From Candidatus Thorarchaeota archaeon (lineage in GTDB: Archaea > Asgardarchaeota > Thorarchaeia > Thorarchaeales > Thorarchaeaceae), in assembly GCA_048882385.1 (NCBI GenBank), contig JBHLRQ010000006.1, forward strand, positions 1 through 60,973: a stretch of 60,973 nt of DNA. The letters are read 5' to 3'. Position 1 is the stretch's first letter, and every line of letters starts with the position of its first letter. Shown piece after piece: positions 49,795 to 58,240 of this stretch. The position numbers were made by a program, and so were the translations under genes. Under the pieces are notes generated by a model. It searched no databases. It saw only the letters and a list, made by a program, of their open reading frames with translations, and was not told the origin of the DNA.

Positions 49795-50565
49795 ATGTCG
49801 GATGGTATTGATATTCAAACTATGGGACTTTCAAAGAATTTTGGTTCAGTTATTGCACTCAGTAATCTTGATCTCACTGTTCGTAAGGGAAGCGTATTTG
49901 GATTCTTAGGACCAAATGGTGCGGGAAAGACAACAACTGTACGGCTCTTGTCTGGACTTCTGAAACCATCGAGTGGAACTGCCATGGTCTGTGGATACGA
50001 TATCAATACGCATCGAAATGAGATAAAAGCTATTACAGGACTTCTTCCTGAAACTCCAGGTTTATACTCGAAACTTTCAGCAGTGGAATTCCTCGAATTC
50101 ATTGGCGCTCTCAATGATATGAGTGGTGAGAAGTTGAACAAGAGGATTGACAGTCTTCTCGGATTGATGGGTCTTGAGGGTAGACAGAATGACTTGCTCG
50201 AGAGTTACAGCAGTGGGATGAAGCAGAAAGTCTTGGTTGCATCTACAGTGTTACATGAACCTCAACTTGTTTTTCTGGATGAACCCACGTCTAGGCTGGA
50301 TCCTGCTGCAAGTGCTCTTGTAAAAGAAATCATCATTGCTATGGCAAAAGAAATGGACACTACATTCTTTATTTGTACACATATGACTGACTTCGCGGAG
50401 GATGTCTGTGAGATTATTGGAATTCTAAATGAGGGCGTTCTCAATACACTTGGTTCTCCAAATGAGATTATAAATCAAGTAGAAGCCAAGGACCTTGAAG
50501 ATGCGTACCTCAAGATCGTAGGTGGCGAGGTGGACAGAACCAGACTTCTTAGTTGGAGGGATTGA
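49795..50565 (+). CDS. ABC exporter ATP-binding subunit (copy 1)
   Basis: GPNGAGKTT, YSSGMKQK, VFLDEPT, CTH. Confidence 0.93.
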   Translation: MSDGIDIQTMGLSKNFGSVIALSNLDLTVRKGSVFGFLGPNGAGKTTTVRLLSGLLKPSSGTAMVCGYDINTHRNEIKAITGLLPETPGLYSKLSAVEFLEFIGALNDMSGEKLNKRIDSLLGLMGLEGRQNDLLESYSSGMKQKVLVASTVLHEPQLVFLDEPTSRLDPAASALVKEIIIAMAKEMDTTFFICTHMTDFAEDVCEIIGILNEGVLNTLGSPNEIINQVEAKDLEDAYLKIVGGEVDRTRLLSWRD

Positions 50566-52211
50566 GCCTGCCTAGAAAATGGTTGGCAATTGCTAAGACT
50601 GAGTTTTATGTTCAGACATCAAGATTCAGAAGATTACGCAAGCTGGTGATTTTGCTACTTTTGGTATTTGGAATCTACTGGGCATTGTATCTTGCACCCA
50701 ATATTGTAACATCAATTCTGAACACCATGGGTTCTGAGATTGATGTACTATTCATGGCTAGTTTCCCAAGCTTAATGCGCTCAGCAATGCTCTTCGTATG
50801 GATTATTTTTCTCATTTATCCAATCTCCTACGCTCTGCAAGAGATCCGGATTGGCCAGTGGGAAATCATGTTGAGCAACAATGTAAGCACTCGTGAAATG
50901 ATGTTTGGAATGTTCCTAGGAAAAATTCCTAGCTACGGACTCCTTGTTCTATACATAGCACCAATATTGCTTTCACCATTTGCATTGTTCTTTGAAGTAG
51001 GGATTTTGGGTCAAATCATTATGTATCTCACTGTGTTCTTTGTAGCAGTAAGCACTCTCTTTCTATCCAATTTTATCACAACTGCAATTCAGGCCAAACT
51101 TGGCGAATCTTCTAGAGGCAATGATATCGCAAAAGCTCTTGCAATGGTAGTAGCAGTTTTGGTTCTGATTCCAATGTATGGATTGATGTATTTCGCGGAG
51201 TCGATGTCAGCAGTTCTTGGAATGGATGTTTTTCTTCTCTTACCATTCACATGGGGAGCTGACATAATATCTTGGAGTGCAATTATCTTTAATGGGATAG
51301 GATTACCCCTTGATGCATTTCTGATCATATTGAAACTGGATGCAATAACAGATCTTGCTTTACTAGTTGCTTTCACTGGATTCATTATCATACTAGCTTT
51401 CAGATCCGCAGATCGCATTTTCACATTTGGTGCAGGAGCACGCACAGAGAAAATCACGACGGTTGGCAAAGAGAATTTCATACTGAAAGGAATCAGACGA
51501 ATCTTTCCAGGCGCTTTTGGCGTGTTGGTTGCGAACTCCATAAAGGAATTCACAAGAAAAATGCAGAATGTATCTAGACTGATCTATGGTGTCGTAATTT
51601 CTGTATTATTACCAGTAATTCTAAGCTACAGTGTAGGTTCAATTCCTGAAGAGATGCCACCTGCTTTTCGTGGAATCTTGTTGGTGATTTCAGTAATCAT
51701 GCTAGGTATGATGCTCTCGCTGTTGAACGGAATCACATTTGGAGGAGTAGGGTTTCTGGAATCAAAAGACCAGCTCTGGATTATCAAGTCTGCACCAAAT
51801 GGTGTTAGTAAATTTGCAAAAGCTCGTCTAACGGAGTCATTAATTCTTGCTATTCCAATTGCATTAATACCATCGATTGCAATTTCGGTAGTATTTGGAT
51901 TCACAATCATAGAATCAATCGCAATCATTCTATATGCATATTGGGCAACATGCGGGTCTGTTCTCTTATGTATTGGAATTACAGCAAATAATCCTGCGTA
52001 TGAGAATCAAAGAAGCAGCGCATTCTATGTCAATACATTTGTTTCCATGTTCATACTTATGTTCATAATAATGATATCGCTCCTCTTTTCATTCCAATTC
52101 TTTATGAACCTGCCAATCTTCATGATAGCAATGAGTACTCCGCTTGTTCTAGCTGGCCTTGTGATTTACATTGTCGGAGTAGGAAGAATGGCTCAGGCTG
52201 ACATACACTAA
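50562..52211 (+). CDS. ABC exporter permease (copy 1), two fused ABC-2-like halves
   Basis: About 13-14 TM; TTG overlapping the ATPase stop after GGAGG; LWIIKSAP. Confidence 0.82.
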   Translation: MSLPRKWLAIAKTEFYVQTSRFRRLRKLVILLLLVFGIYWALYLAPNIVTSILNTMGSEIDVLFMASFPSLMRSAMLFVWIIFLIYPISYALQEIRIGQWEIMLSNNVSTREMMFGMFLGKIPSYGLLVLYIAPILLSPFALFFEVGILGQIIMYLTVFFVAVSTLFLSNFITTAIQAKLGESSRGNDIAKALAMVVAVLVLIPMYGLMYFAESMSAVLGMDVFLLLPFTWGADIISWSAIIFNGIGLPLDAFLIILKLDAITDLALLVAFTGFIIILAFRSADRIFTFGAGARTEKITTVGKENFILKGIRRIFPGAFGVLVANSIKEFTRKMQNVSRLIYGVVISVLLPVILSYSVGSIPEEMPPAFRGILLVISVIMLGMMLSLLNGITFGGVGFLESKDQLWIIKSAPNGVSKFAKARLTESLILAIPIALIPSIAISVVFGFTIIESIAIILYAYWATCGSVLLCIGITANNPAYENQRSSAFYVNTFVSMFILMFIIMISLLFSFQFFMNLPIFMIAMSTPLVLAGLVIYIVGVGRMAQADIH

Positions 52212-52306
52212 TGTGATTGAATATCGAGAAAAAATCATTGCGCCGATTCGATGCCTTATATTCGTTCAAAACTCGTTCCACTTGGAGATCCTTTGGGGAT
52301 ATATTG

Positions 52307-53077
52307 ATGCTAAATGGTATTCATATTCAAACAGAGAGTTTAACGAAGAATTTTGGTTCTGTAATAGCTTTAAAGAATTTAGACCTTGAAGTACGAAGAG
52401 GTAGTGTTTTTGGTTATCTTGGACCAAATGGAGCAGGAAAGACAACAACTGTCAGAATTCTATCTGGTCTTTTGAGGCCAACGTCCGGAACCGCAAGAGT
52501 CTGTGGCTTTGATGTGAACTCGGAACGAAATAGTATCAAAAGAGTTACCGGTCTCTTACCAGAATCGCCCGGTCTGTACTCAAAGTTGTCTGCAGTAGAG
52601 TTTTTGGAGTTCATTGGAGCGCTAAATGATCTAAGCGGCGAATCACTGCATAAACGGATTGATAGACTCTTGGGACTACTAGGACTTGAAGGAAGGCAGA
52701 ATGATCTCTTGGAGAGCTATAGTAGTGGGATGAAACAGAAGGTGCTTGTTGCATCAACTGTGCTTCATGAACCGGAACTAGTGTTTCTTGATGAACCCAC
52801 ATCAAGATTGGACCCCGCCGCAAGCGTCCTTGTCAAAGAAATAATCCTTGCAATGGCAAAGGAAACTAATACGACGTTTTTCATCTGTACACACATGACA
52901 GACTTTGCGGAGGATATATGTGAGGTCATTGGGATATTGAATCAAGGAATTCTAACAACTTTAGGTTCGCCGAATGAGATTATCGAACAAGCAGGTGGAA
53001 GCGATCTCGAAGATGCATACCTCAAGATAGTGGGTGGAGAGATTGACCGAGAAGCCCTTCTAACTTGGAGGCATTGA
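52307..53077 (+). CDS. ABC exporter ATP-binding subunit (copy 2)
   Basis: Near-identical protein to 49795..50565; ATG 52307 chosen by alignment. Confidence 0.93.
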   Translation: MLNGIHIQTESLTKNFGSVIALKNLDLEVRRGSVFGYLGPNGAGKTTTVRILSGLLRPTSGTARVCGFDVNSERNSIKRVTGLLPESPGLYSKLSAVEFLEFIGALNDLSGESLHKRIDRLLGLLGLEGRQNDLLESYSSGMKQKVLVASTVLHEPELVFLDEPTSRLDPAASVLVKEIILAMAKETNTTFFICTHMTDFAEDICEVIGILNQGILTTLGSPNEIIEQAGGSDLEDAYLKIVGGEIDREALLTWRH

Positions 53078-53078
53078 G

Positions 53079-54725
53079 TTGGTCAGGGTTTGGCTTGCGA
53101 TTGCGAAAGCAGAGTTTCTTGTTCGAACTGTCAAGCTCCACAAATCTCGTAAGATTCTTTATTCTCTTGCTATTGGAATTGCATTAGCTTGGGGATTGTT
53201 TCTTGTTCCTCGATTAATGGGATTCTTCTTCACAGAATTTGGTGCTGCGTTTGAAGCAATACTGGCAACATCTTTCCCTGGATTGCTACGGACAATAATG
53301 CTTGCTGTCTGGATGTTCATTCTAATCATTCCAATCTCAAACAGCTTAGAGAATGTCAAGATAGGTCAGTGGGAGATACTATTCAGTAACGGTGTAAAGA
53401 CGAGAGACCTTCTTTTTGGAACATTCGTAGGAAGGATACCAGTCTACGGAATCTTTGTCATTGGATTAGCTCCAATAGTTGTGTCACCATTTGTTTTTGC
53501 ATATAATATTTCAATACTCGGTCAATTACTGATGTATCTAGTAATCTTCGTGTTTGCAATTGTGACCATATGGATTTCGACAGTTTTCAGTACAGCAATT
53601 CATGCCAAGATTGGCTCTTCCCCTCGTGGTGATGATATTGGTAAAGCATTGAGTTGGGGTCTTGTCCCTATTGTCGCACTTCCTGTCATGGGTTCAATGT
53701 ATTGGACCTCTAGTGTTGTCGCTCTCCTTGATCTGGATATTTCCATGATACTTCCTTCAACCTGGTGTGCAGATATTCTAACTTGGATTGCTATGTACTC
53801 AGGGTCTCTAAGACCATCCTCAATCATGAACCTGGAACTGTATTGGTTTGCAGTCAGTCCTATTGTGGATATTTTGATACTCAGTATATTCTCACTTGTC
53901 GTGCTATATACCGGATTCAAGAGTGCAGACCGATTATTTGCATATGGTGCTAGTCCGGGAAGTCAGAAAGTCGCTAGAGCAGGACCTGAGAACTTGTTTA
54001 TCAGAGGAATCCGAAGATTATTCGGTGGAAGATTTGGGTCAATTGTAGCAACCTCATTCAAGGATTTCACGAGAAAGCTTCAGAACATAGCAAAGTTGTC
54101 ATATGGACTGTTTCTAGCCATTCTCATCCCACTGCTCATTGGGTTTGGTCCTTTTACAGCTGTGGTTGATGACCCGATCTTCATCCCCGTCATGTCATCG
54201 TTGGCATTAGGTATGATGACCGGTATATTCTCAGGTGTCATATTCGGGGGTGTTGGACTCCTTGATAGTCGTGACCAACTTTGGATTCTGAAGAGTGCAC
54301 CAAGAGGAGTTCCGAAGTTCATTATAGCCCGAGTGATATCATACATGATTGTGGGAATTCCCTATGCCCTCATACCAGCCATGTTCACAGGATTCATACT
54401 CAATTTCACTGTGGAAAATACAATGATGTTGTGCATCTATGTCTATTCGATAGTATTGGGAGGAATCTTCGTTGGTGTAGGAATCACAGCGAGCAATCCT
54501 TCATTTGAGGACACGTCGAGTGGTGCATTCATCATCAATCAGATTGCTACAATTCTCATACTGATGATATCGATAATTGTATCAATCATTCAGGGTGTAT
54601 TTGTCGCAATCAATCAAGGTGTCTTTGGTCCATCAATGCTCCTATCAAGCATTCCCACTCCGATAATTGGACTAGTAGTACTTATGTTTGGGATGATCAG
54701 ACTCAACTTCTCGGAGGTGGACTGA
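53079..54725 (+). CDS. ABC exporter permease (copy 2)
   Basis: Paralogue of 50562..52211 (WLAIAK.EF, IGQWEI, RG.DI.KAL, DQLWI.KSAP.GV). Confidence 0.82.
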   Translation: MVRVWLAIAKAEFLVRTVKLHKSRKILYSLAIGIALAWGLFLVPRLMGFFFTEFGAAFEAILATSFPGLLRTIMLAVWMFILIIPISNSLENVKIGQWEILFSNGVKTRDLLFGTFVGRIPVYGIFVIGLAPIVVSPFVFAYNISILGQLLMYLVIFVFAIVTIWISTVFSTAIHAKIGSSPRGDDIGKALSWGLVPIVALPVMGSMYWTSSVVALLDLDISMILPSTWCADILTWIAMYSGSLRPSSIMNLELYWFAVSPIVDILILSIFSLVVLYTGFKSADRLFAYGASPGSQKVARAGPENLFIRGIRRLFGGRFGSIVATSFKDFTRKLQNIAKLSYGLFLAILIPLLIGFGPFTAVVDDPIFIPVMSSLALGMMTGIFSGVIFGGVGLLDSRDQLWILKSAPRGVPKFIIARVISYMIVGIPYALIPAMFTGFILNFTVENTMMLCIYVYSIVLGGIFVGVGITASNPSFEDTSSGAFIINQIATILILMISIIVSIIQGVFVAINQGVFGPSMLLSSIPTPIIGLVVLMFGMIRLNFSEVD

Positions 54726-54727
54726 AA

Positions 54728-56227
54728 ATGAGATCTTTTAGACTATTTTCGTCCATTCTTCTCATCCTTATGCTATCGCTAGCTTCAATGCAAATTGATG
54801 CGGATCCAGAAATGAATATCCAAAGTCAAGAGAATACTTTCACAGTTTGTGATGAAATACAGGGCGTCCCCTATGTCTGGCAAGAGGTCAATGGGTTCTG
54901 TTTCCCCTCCGCTCTCTCAATGGTCCTTCAGAGTATGGGATTAAGTTTGAGTCTTTATGACATCTTAGCAGCATCAGGATCAGGTTTCTCTATAGTATCT
55001 GCCAGCTTTGATGAAACAATGATGATCTACCCAGGTGTCATGGTGAGACAAATGCCATGGTTTGAGTTCTTCACAGATCTTTATGGTTTAGAGATGCAAT
55101 TCTATCTTGATTCCGGAACTGATTATGGCTTATCTACAATACAGATATTGCAAAGTTGGGGTTCAAAATTTATTGACTATAATAATTCTCTCTCATTATC
55201 ACCTTTGGAAGTGATGAAAGAATCGATTGATTCAGGATATCCATTGGCAATTTCTGTTGACACCTACTACCTTCCTCCACATGACTGGGATGTCGTTAGA
55301 CAATACATTGGGCCAATTCAGCCCGGTGGAGTTGGACATGCTATTGTGATTGTTGGTTACAACGACACGACACACCAAGTGCAAGTTCACGACCCAGGTG
55401 TTGGTCTGTTGCAGCCGAACTATGGATACCCAGATGATGGTCGATGGTACTATAACATGACATATGCCACTCTTGACCTAGCCTGGGGAGGTTGTGGGTA
55501 CGCTACATTTAGGGTGTCTAATGGTACAGGACCTGTTGCGGACTTCGAGGACAGACTAGCATCATACATAGCCCAGAAACTGATTGGCAATCGTTCTGAA
55601 TATTTTGAAGGTTACGAGAATTTCTTCTACCTTAGTGCTGGAGCAGGTGCATTCAGAGGTATGGGCCTCGACATGAATCCAGAATCGATTCGTGACTACT
55701 GCACCTATTTCCTTGAGATAAACAAACCAACTGCCATTAGAATGCTTGGTCATAATCTCGAGGCAATGATGACTATGCAGTATCTTGCCTACCGGAGTTC
55801 ACTTGATTCTTTGCCGGACCTTCTTCCGACCATTAATCTGCAAGCATTTTTCGATGAAGCCACCAATGCACTCCCGCATATGGAGGTTCTCAGTCATAAT
55901 GCATCCATAACAAGTGGAATCAATATTGAGAGTCGTGACAGTTTATTGTACAACACGTTCTTTGGCATGGCAGACAGCTTTGAGGTTTCTCAAGACCTAG
56001 ATTATTCCATCAATGAGTTTTCTGGTGAGTTGGAAGAAATATCCACACATTTTAGCGCTATAGCTGATGCGTGGAAGTTGGCAGGTGAAGCTCTCTCTCA
56101 GGAACTAGTTGGATCAGGAGGTTTGCCTGATAGTAACTTGGTTGTAGTAATAGGCGGAGGGGCTACGATTTTGATTATCGGGGTAATTCTTGTCGTTTGG
56201 AGAAGGAAACCTAATCAGGATAGGTGA
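54728..56227 (+). CDS. Membrane-anchored papain-like (C39-like/BtrH-like) cysteine peptidase
   Basis: Signal peptide; VPYVWQEVNGFCFPSAL (Q...C), GHAIVIVGY (H), VHDPG (D); C-terminal TM then RRK. Confidence 0.82.
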   Translation: MRSFRLFSSILLILMLSLASMQIDADPEMNIQSQENTFTVCDEIQGVPYVWQEVNGFCFPSALSMVLQSMGLSLSLYDILAASGSGFSIVSASFDETMMIYPGVMVRQMPWFEFFTDLYGLEMQFYLDSGTDYGLSTIQILQSWGSKFIDYNNSLSLSPLEVMKESIDSGYPLAISVDTYYLPPHDWDVVRQYIGPIQPGGVGHAIVIVGYNDTTHQVQVHDPGVGLLQPNYGYPDDGRWYYNMTYATLDLAWGGCGYATFRVSNGTGPVADFEDRLASYIAQKLIGNRSEYFEGYENFFYLSAGAGAFRGMGLDMNPESIRDYCTYFLEINKPTAIRMLGHNLEAMMTMQYLAYRSSLDSLPDLLPTINLQAFFDEATNALPHMEVLSHNASITSGINIESRDSLLYNTFFGMADSFEVSQDLDYSINEFSGELEEISTHFSAIADAWKLAGEALSQELVGSGGLPDSNLVVVIGGGATILIIGVILVVWRRKPNQDR

Positions 56228-56320
56228 TTAAGAAGTTCACACGAATTAGGAATATTGTTCATCCAATAACGGAAGATTTATTACGCATCATGTTTCCGCA
56301 TTACTGGGTGTCGCGTTCGG

Positions 56321-57175
56321 ATGAATCAAGGGGATGAAGAAAAAATGGAAGGACTATCAGCTGATGCTGTTGCTGATTACTTTCTTGCTGTATCTCATCC
56401 TAAGAGAATCAGGATTCTTAGCCTTCTTGCAGGAGAGAGTATGGATTTCTCAGACCTTCTAAGTAATACAGGTATACGAAAGACCGCACTCTCTAATCAA
56501 CTCGCTAGACTCACTGAGAAACGACTCATCGAACGGGTGAGTCATGGACACTATGCTCTCACTAAGGATGGTAAGCATGTTCTCAAGGTGATAACTGACA
56601 CTTACAAGAAATCTCGAGTGAGTAAAGAGGAGGAGAAGTTGAGAATTCTAGAACGCTACTCCTATAGAAGTGATGAAACAATGACCAAGGAAATACAGGT
56701 AGAGATCAGACAACTCGACCCGATGACCGTAGCTAGTGTTCAGGTCATTAGCAAGACCCCAGAGGAAGATGCTTGGAAAAAGTTGGTTGCTTTCGCTGAA
56801 CCGAGGGGATTGCTAAAGGACCAGAAGAAGAACCCAATCTTTGGTTTCAACAACCCAGATCCAACCAAAGGCCAGGAGGAGTATGGATACGAGTTCTGGA
56901 TTCGTATTGATTCTGATATGAAGTTGGATGAGGGTGTGACAAAGAAGAAGTTTAGTGGCGGCCTCTACGCAGTGAAAAGATGTAACCTCACAAAGGAAGC
57001 AACATCTGAGTTCACGCAAGAACATGGTGTATCAGAGAGCTGGTTCAGACTAACTGAATGGTTAAAGTCGAGTGAGTACAAGCAGGGCTCGCATCAATGG
57101 CTAGAGAAGTCTGTAAATCCAAACAAACCGGATGAGGACCTATTACTAGACCTGCACATGCCCATCGAAAAATAA
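56321..57175 (+). CDS. ArsR-type winged-helix regulator fused to a GyrI-like small-molecule-binding domain
   Basis: SHPKRIRIL.LL; IFGFNNP.P...YGYEFWI, F.GGLYAV, W..L.EW...S.Y...HQWLE, DL.MPI. Confidence 0.85.
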   Translation: MNQGDEEKMEGLSADAVADYFLAVSHPKRIRILSLLAGESMDFSDLLSNTGIRKTALSNQLARLTEKRLIERVSHGHYALTKDGKHVLKVITDTYKKSRVSKEEEKLRILERYSYRSDETMTKEIQVEIRQLDPMTVASVQVISKTPEEDAWKKLVAFAEPRGLLKDQKKNPIFGFNNPDPTKGQEEYGYEFWIRIDSDMKLDEGVTKKKFSGGLYAVKRCNLTKEATSEFTQEHGVSESWFRLTEWLKSSEYKQGSHQWLEKSVNPNKPDEDLLLDLHMPIEK

Positions 57176-57300
57176 CACTTGAGAGTGGAACACAGATGCT
57201 CACACCCATCGGCTAGAAGAGTGCTGTGCGTCTATGCTCCACTTCTCCTTTCTTTTCCTGTATACTTGTATGTTTCGACTATCCAAGGAGAAAGAAAGAC

Positions 57301-58200
57301 ATGAACAAACAACTCAATGAGTCAGAATCACAAGCATTGAAGAATCTTGAAGAACTCATAGATGAAGAGATACCTAAGCTTCGAAGCATAAAGAGTGGAA
57401 CGACAGGACTCTACAGTTTCGGATTCGTTGAAGAAGAGAGTCATGTTGTTGCTTTGAGCATTCGAGGGAAGAATCTCTCATCACTACCTGCATCACTGAA
57501 AGAGCTGGAACACCTACAGATACTGTATCTTAGAGATAACAAACTGGAAACCATTCCCCAATGTGTTTGTGAATTACCTAACCTGTTAGACCTTGATGTG
57601 TTCAACAATAGGATACATGAAATCCCTGAATCAATTGGCAGCTTAGACACTCTCGAAAGGGCAGATCTGTCAAGAAACTTCTTCGAAACACTTCCAGACT
57701 CCATTGGCGAACTGAAAAACTTGAGAAGGCTTGGACTAATGGATGTCAAACTTGAGGTGTTGCCAGAATCAATTGGAAATCTAACAAAATGTTGGGACCT
57801 CGCTATCTTCATTAACACACTCGAAGCATTTCCCGACTCAATAGGAAACATGACCGGACTGACCAGACTTACAGCTCACAAGAATAGGCTTGTTGAGCTA
57901 CCAGCAACAATAGGGAATCTAAGAATTCTAGAACAACTTACACTAAATGATAACAACTTGATATCACTCCCAGAGGAAATTGGGCAATTAGTTAAGCTAG
58001 AGAGTCTCAGATTAGAGGGAAATCTGCTCAAAACTTTACCAGATTCAATCACACACCTAACATCATTGAAAGGATTGAACATCTCCAAAAACAAGTTCTC
58101 ATCATTTCCCACAGGTATGAAGAAATGGATTGAGGATTTGGAAAGTGCTGGATACAGAGTAAGGATGAACAAACAACACCGAAGTTTTCTCGGTATTTAA
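57301..58200 (+). CDS. Leucine-rich repeat protein (about 9 x 23-aa LRRs)
   Basis: Repeated LP.SIG.L..L..L.L..N.L..; ATG at 57301. Confidence 0.92.
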   Translation: MNKQLNESESQALKNLEELIDEEIPKLRSIKSGTTGLYSFGFVEEESHVVALSIRGKNLSSLPASLKELEHLQILYLRDNKLETIPQCVCELPNLLDLDVFNNRIHEIPESIGSLDTLERADLSRNFFETLPDSIGELKNLRRLGLMDVKLEVLPESIGNLTKCWDLAIFINTLEAFPDSIGNMTGLTRLTAHKNRLVELPATIGNLRILEQLTLNDNNLISLPEEIGQLVKLESLRLEGNLLKTLPDSITHLTSLKGLNISKNKFSSFPTGMKKWIEDLESAGYRVRMNKQHRSFLGI

Positions 58201-58240
58201 AAGAGAAGAGCGTGGTCTGGATGACCACTACTCTTGTGCA

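Noticed and set aside
49795-53077. Assembly artefact duplicating the ABC ATPase
   Set aside because: The copies differ at many synonymous positions and the permeases are strongly diverged.
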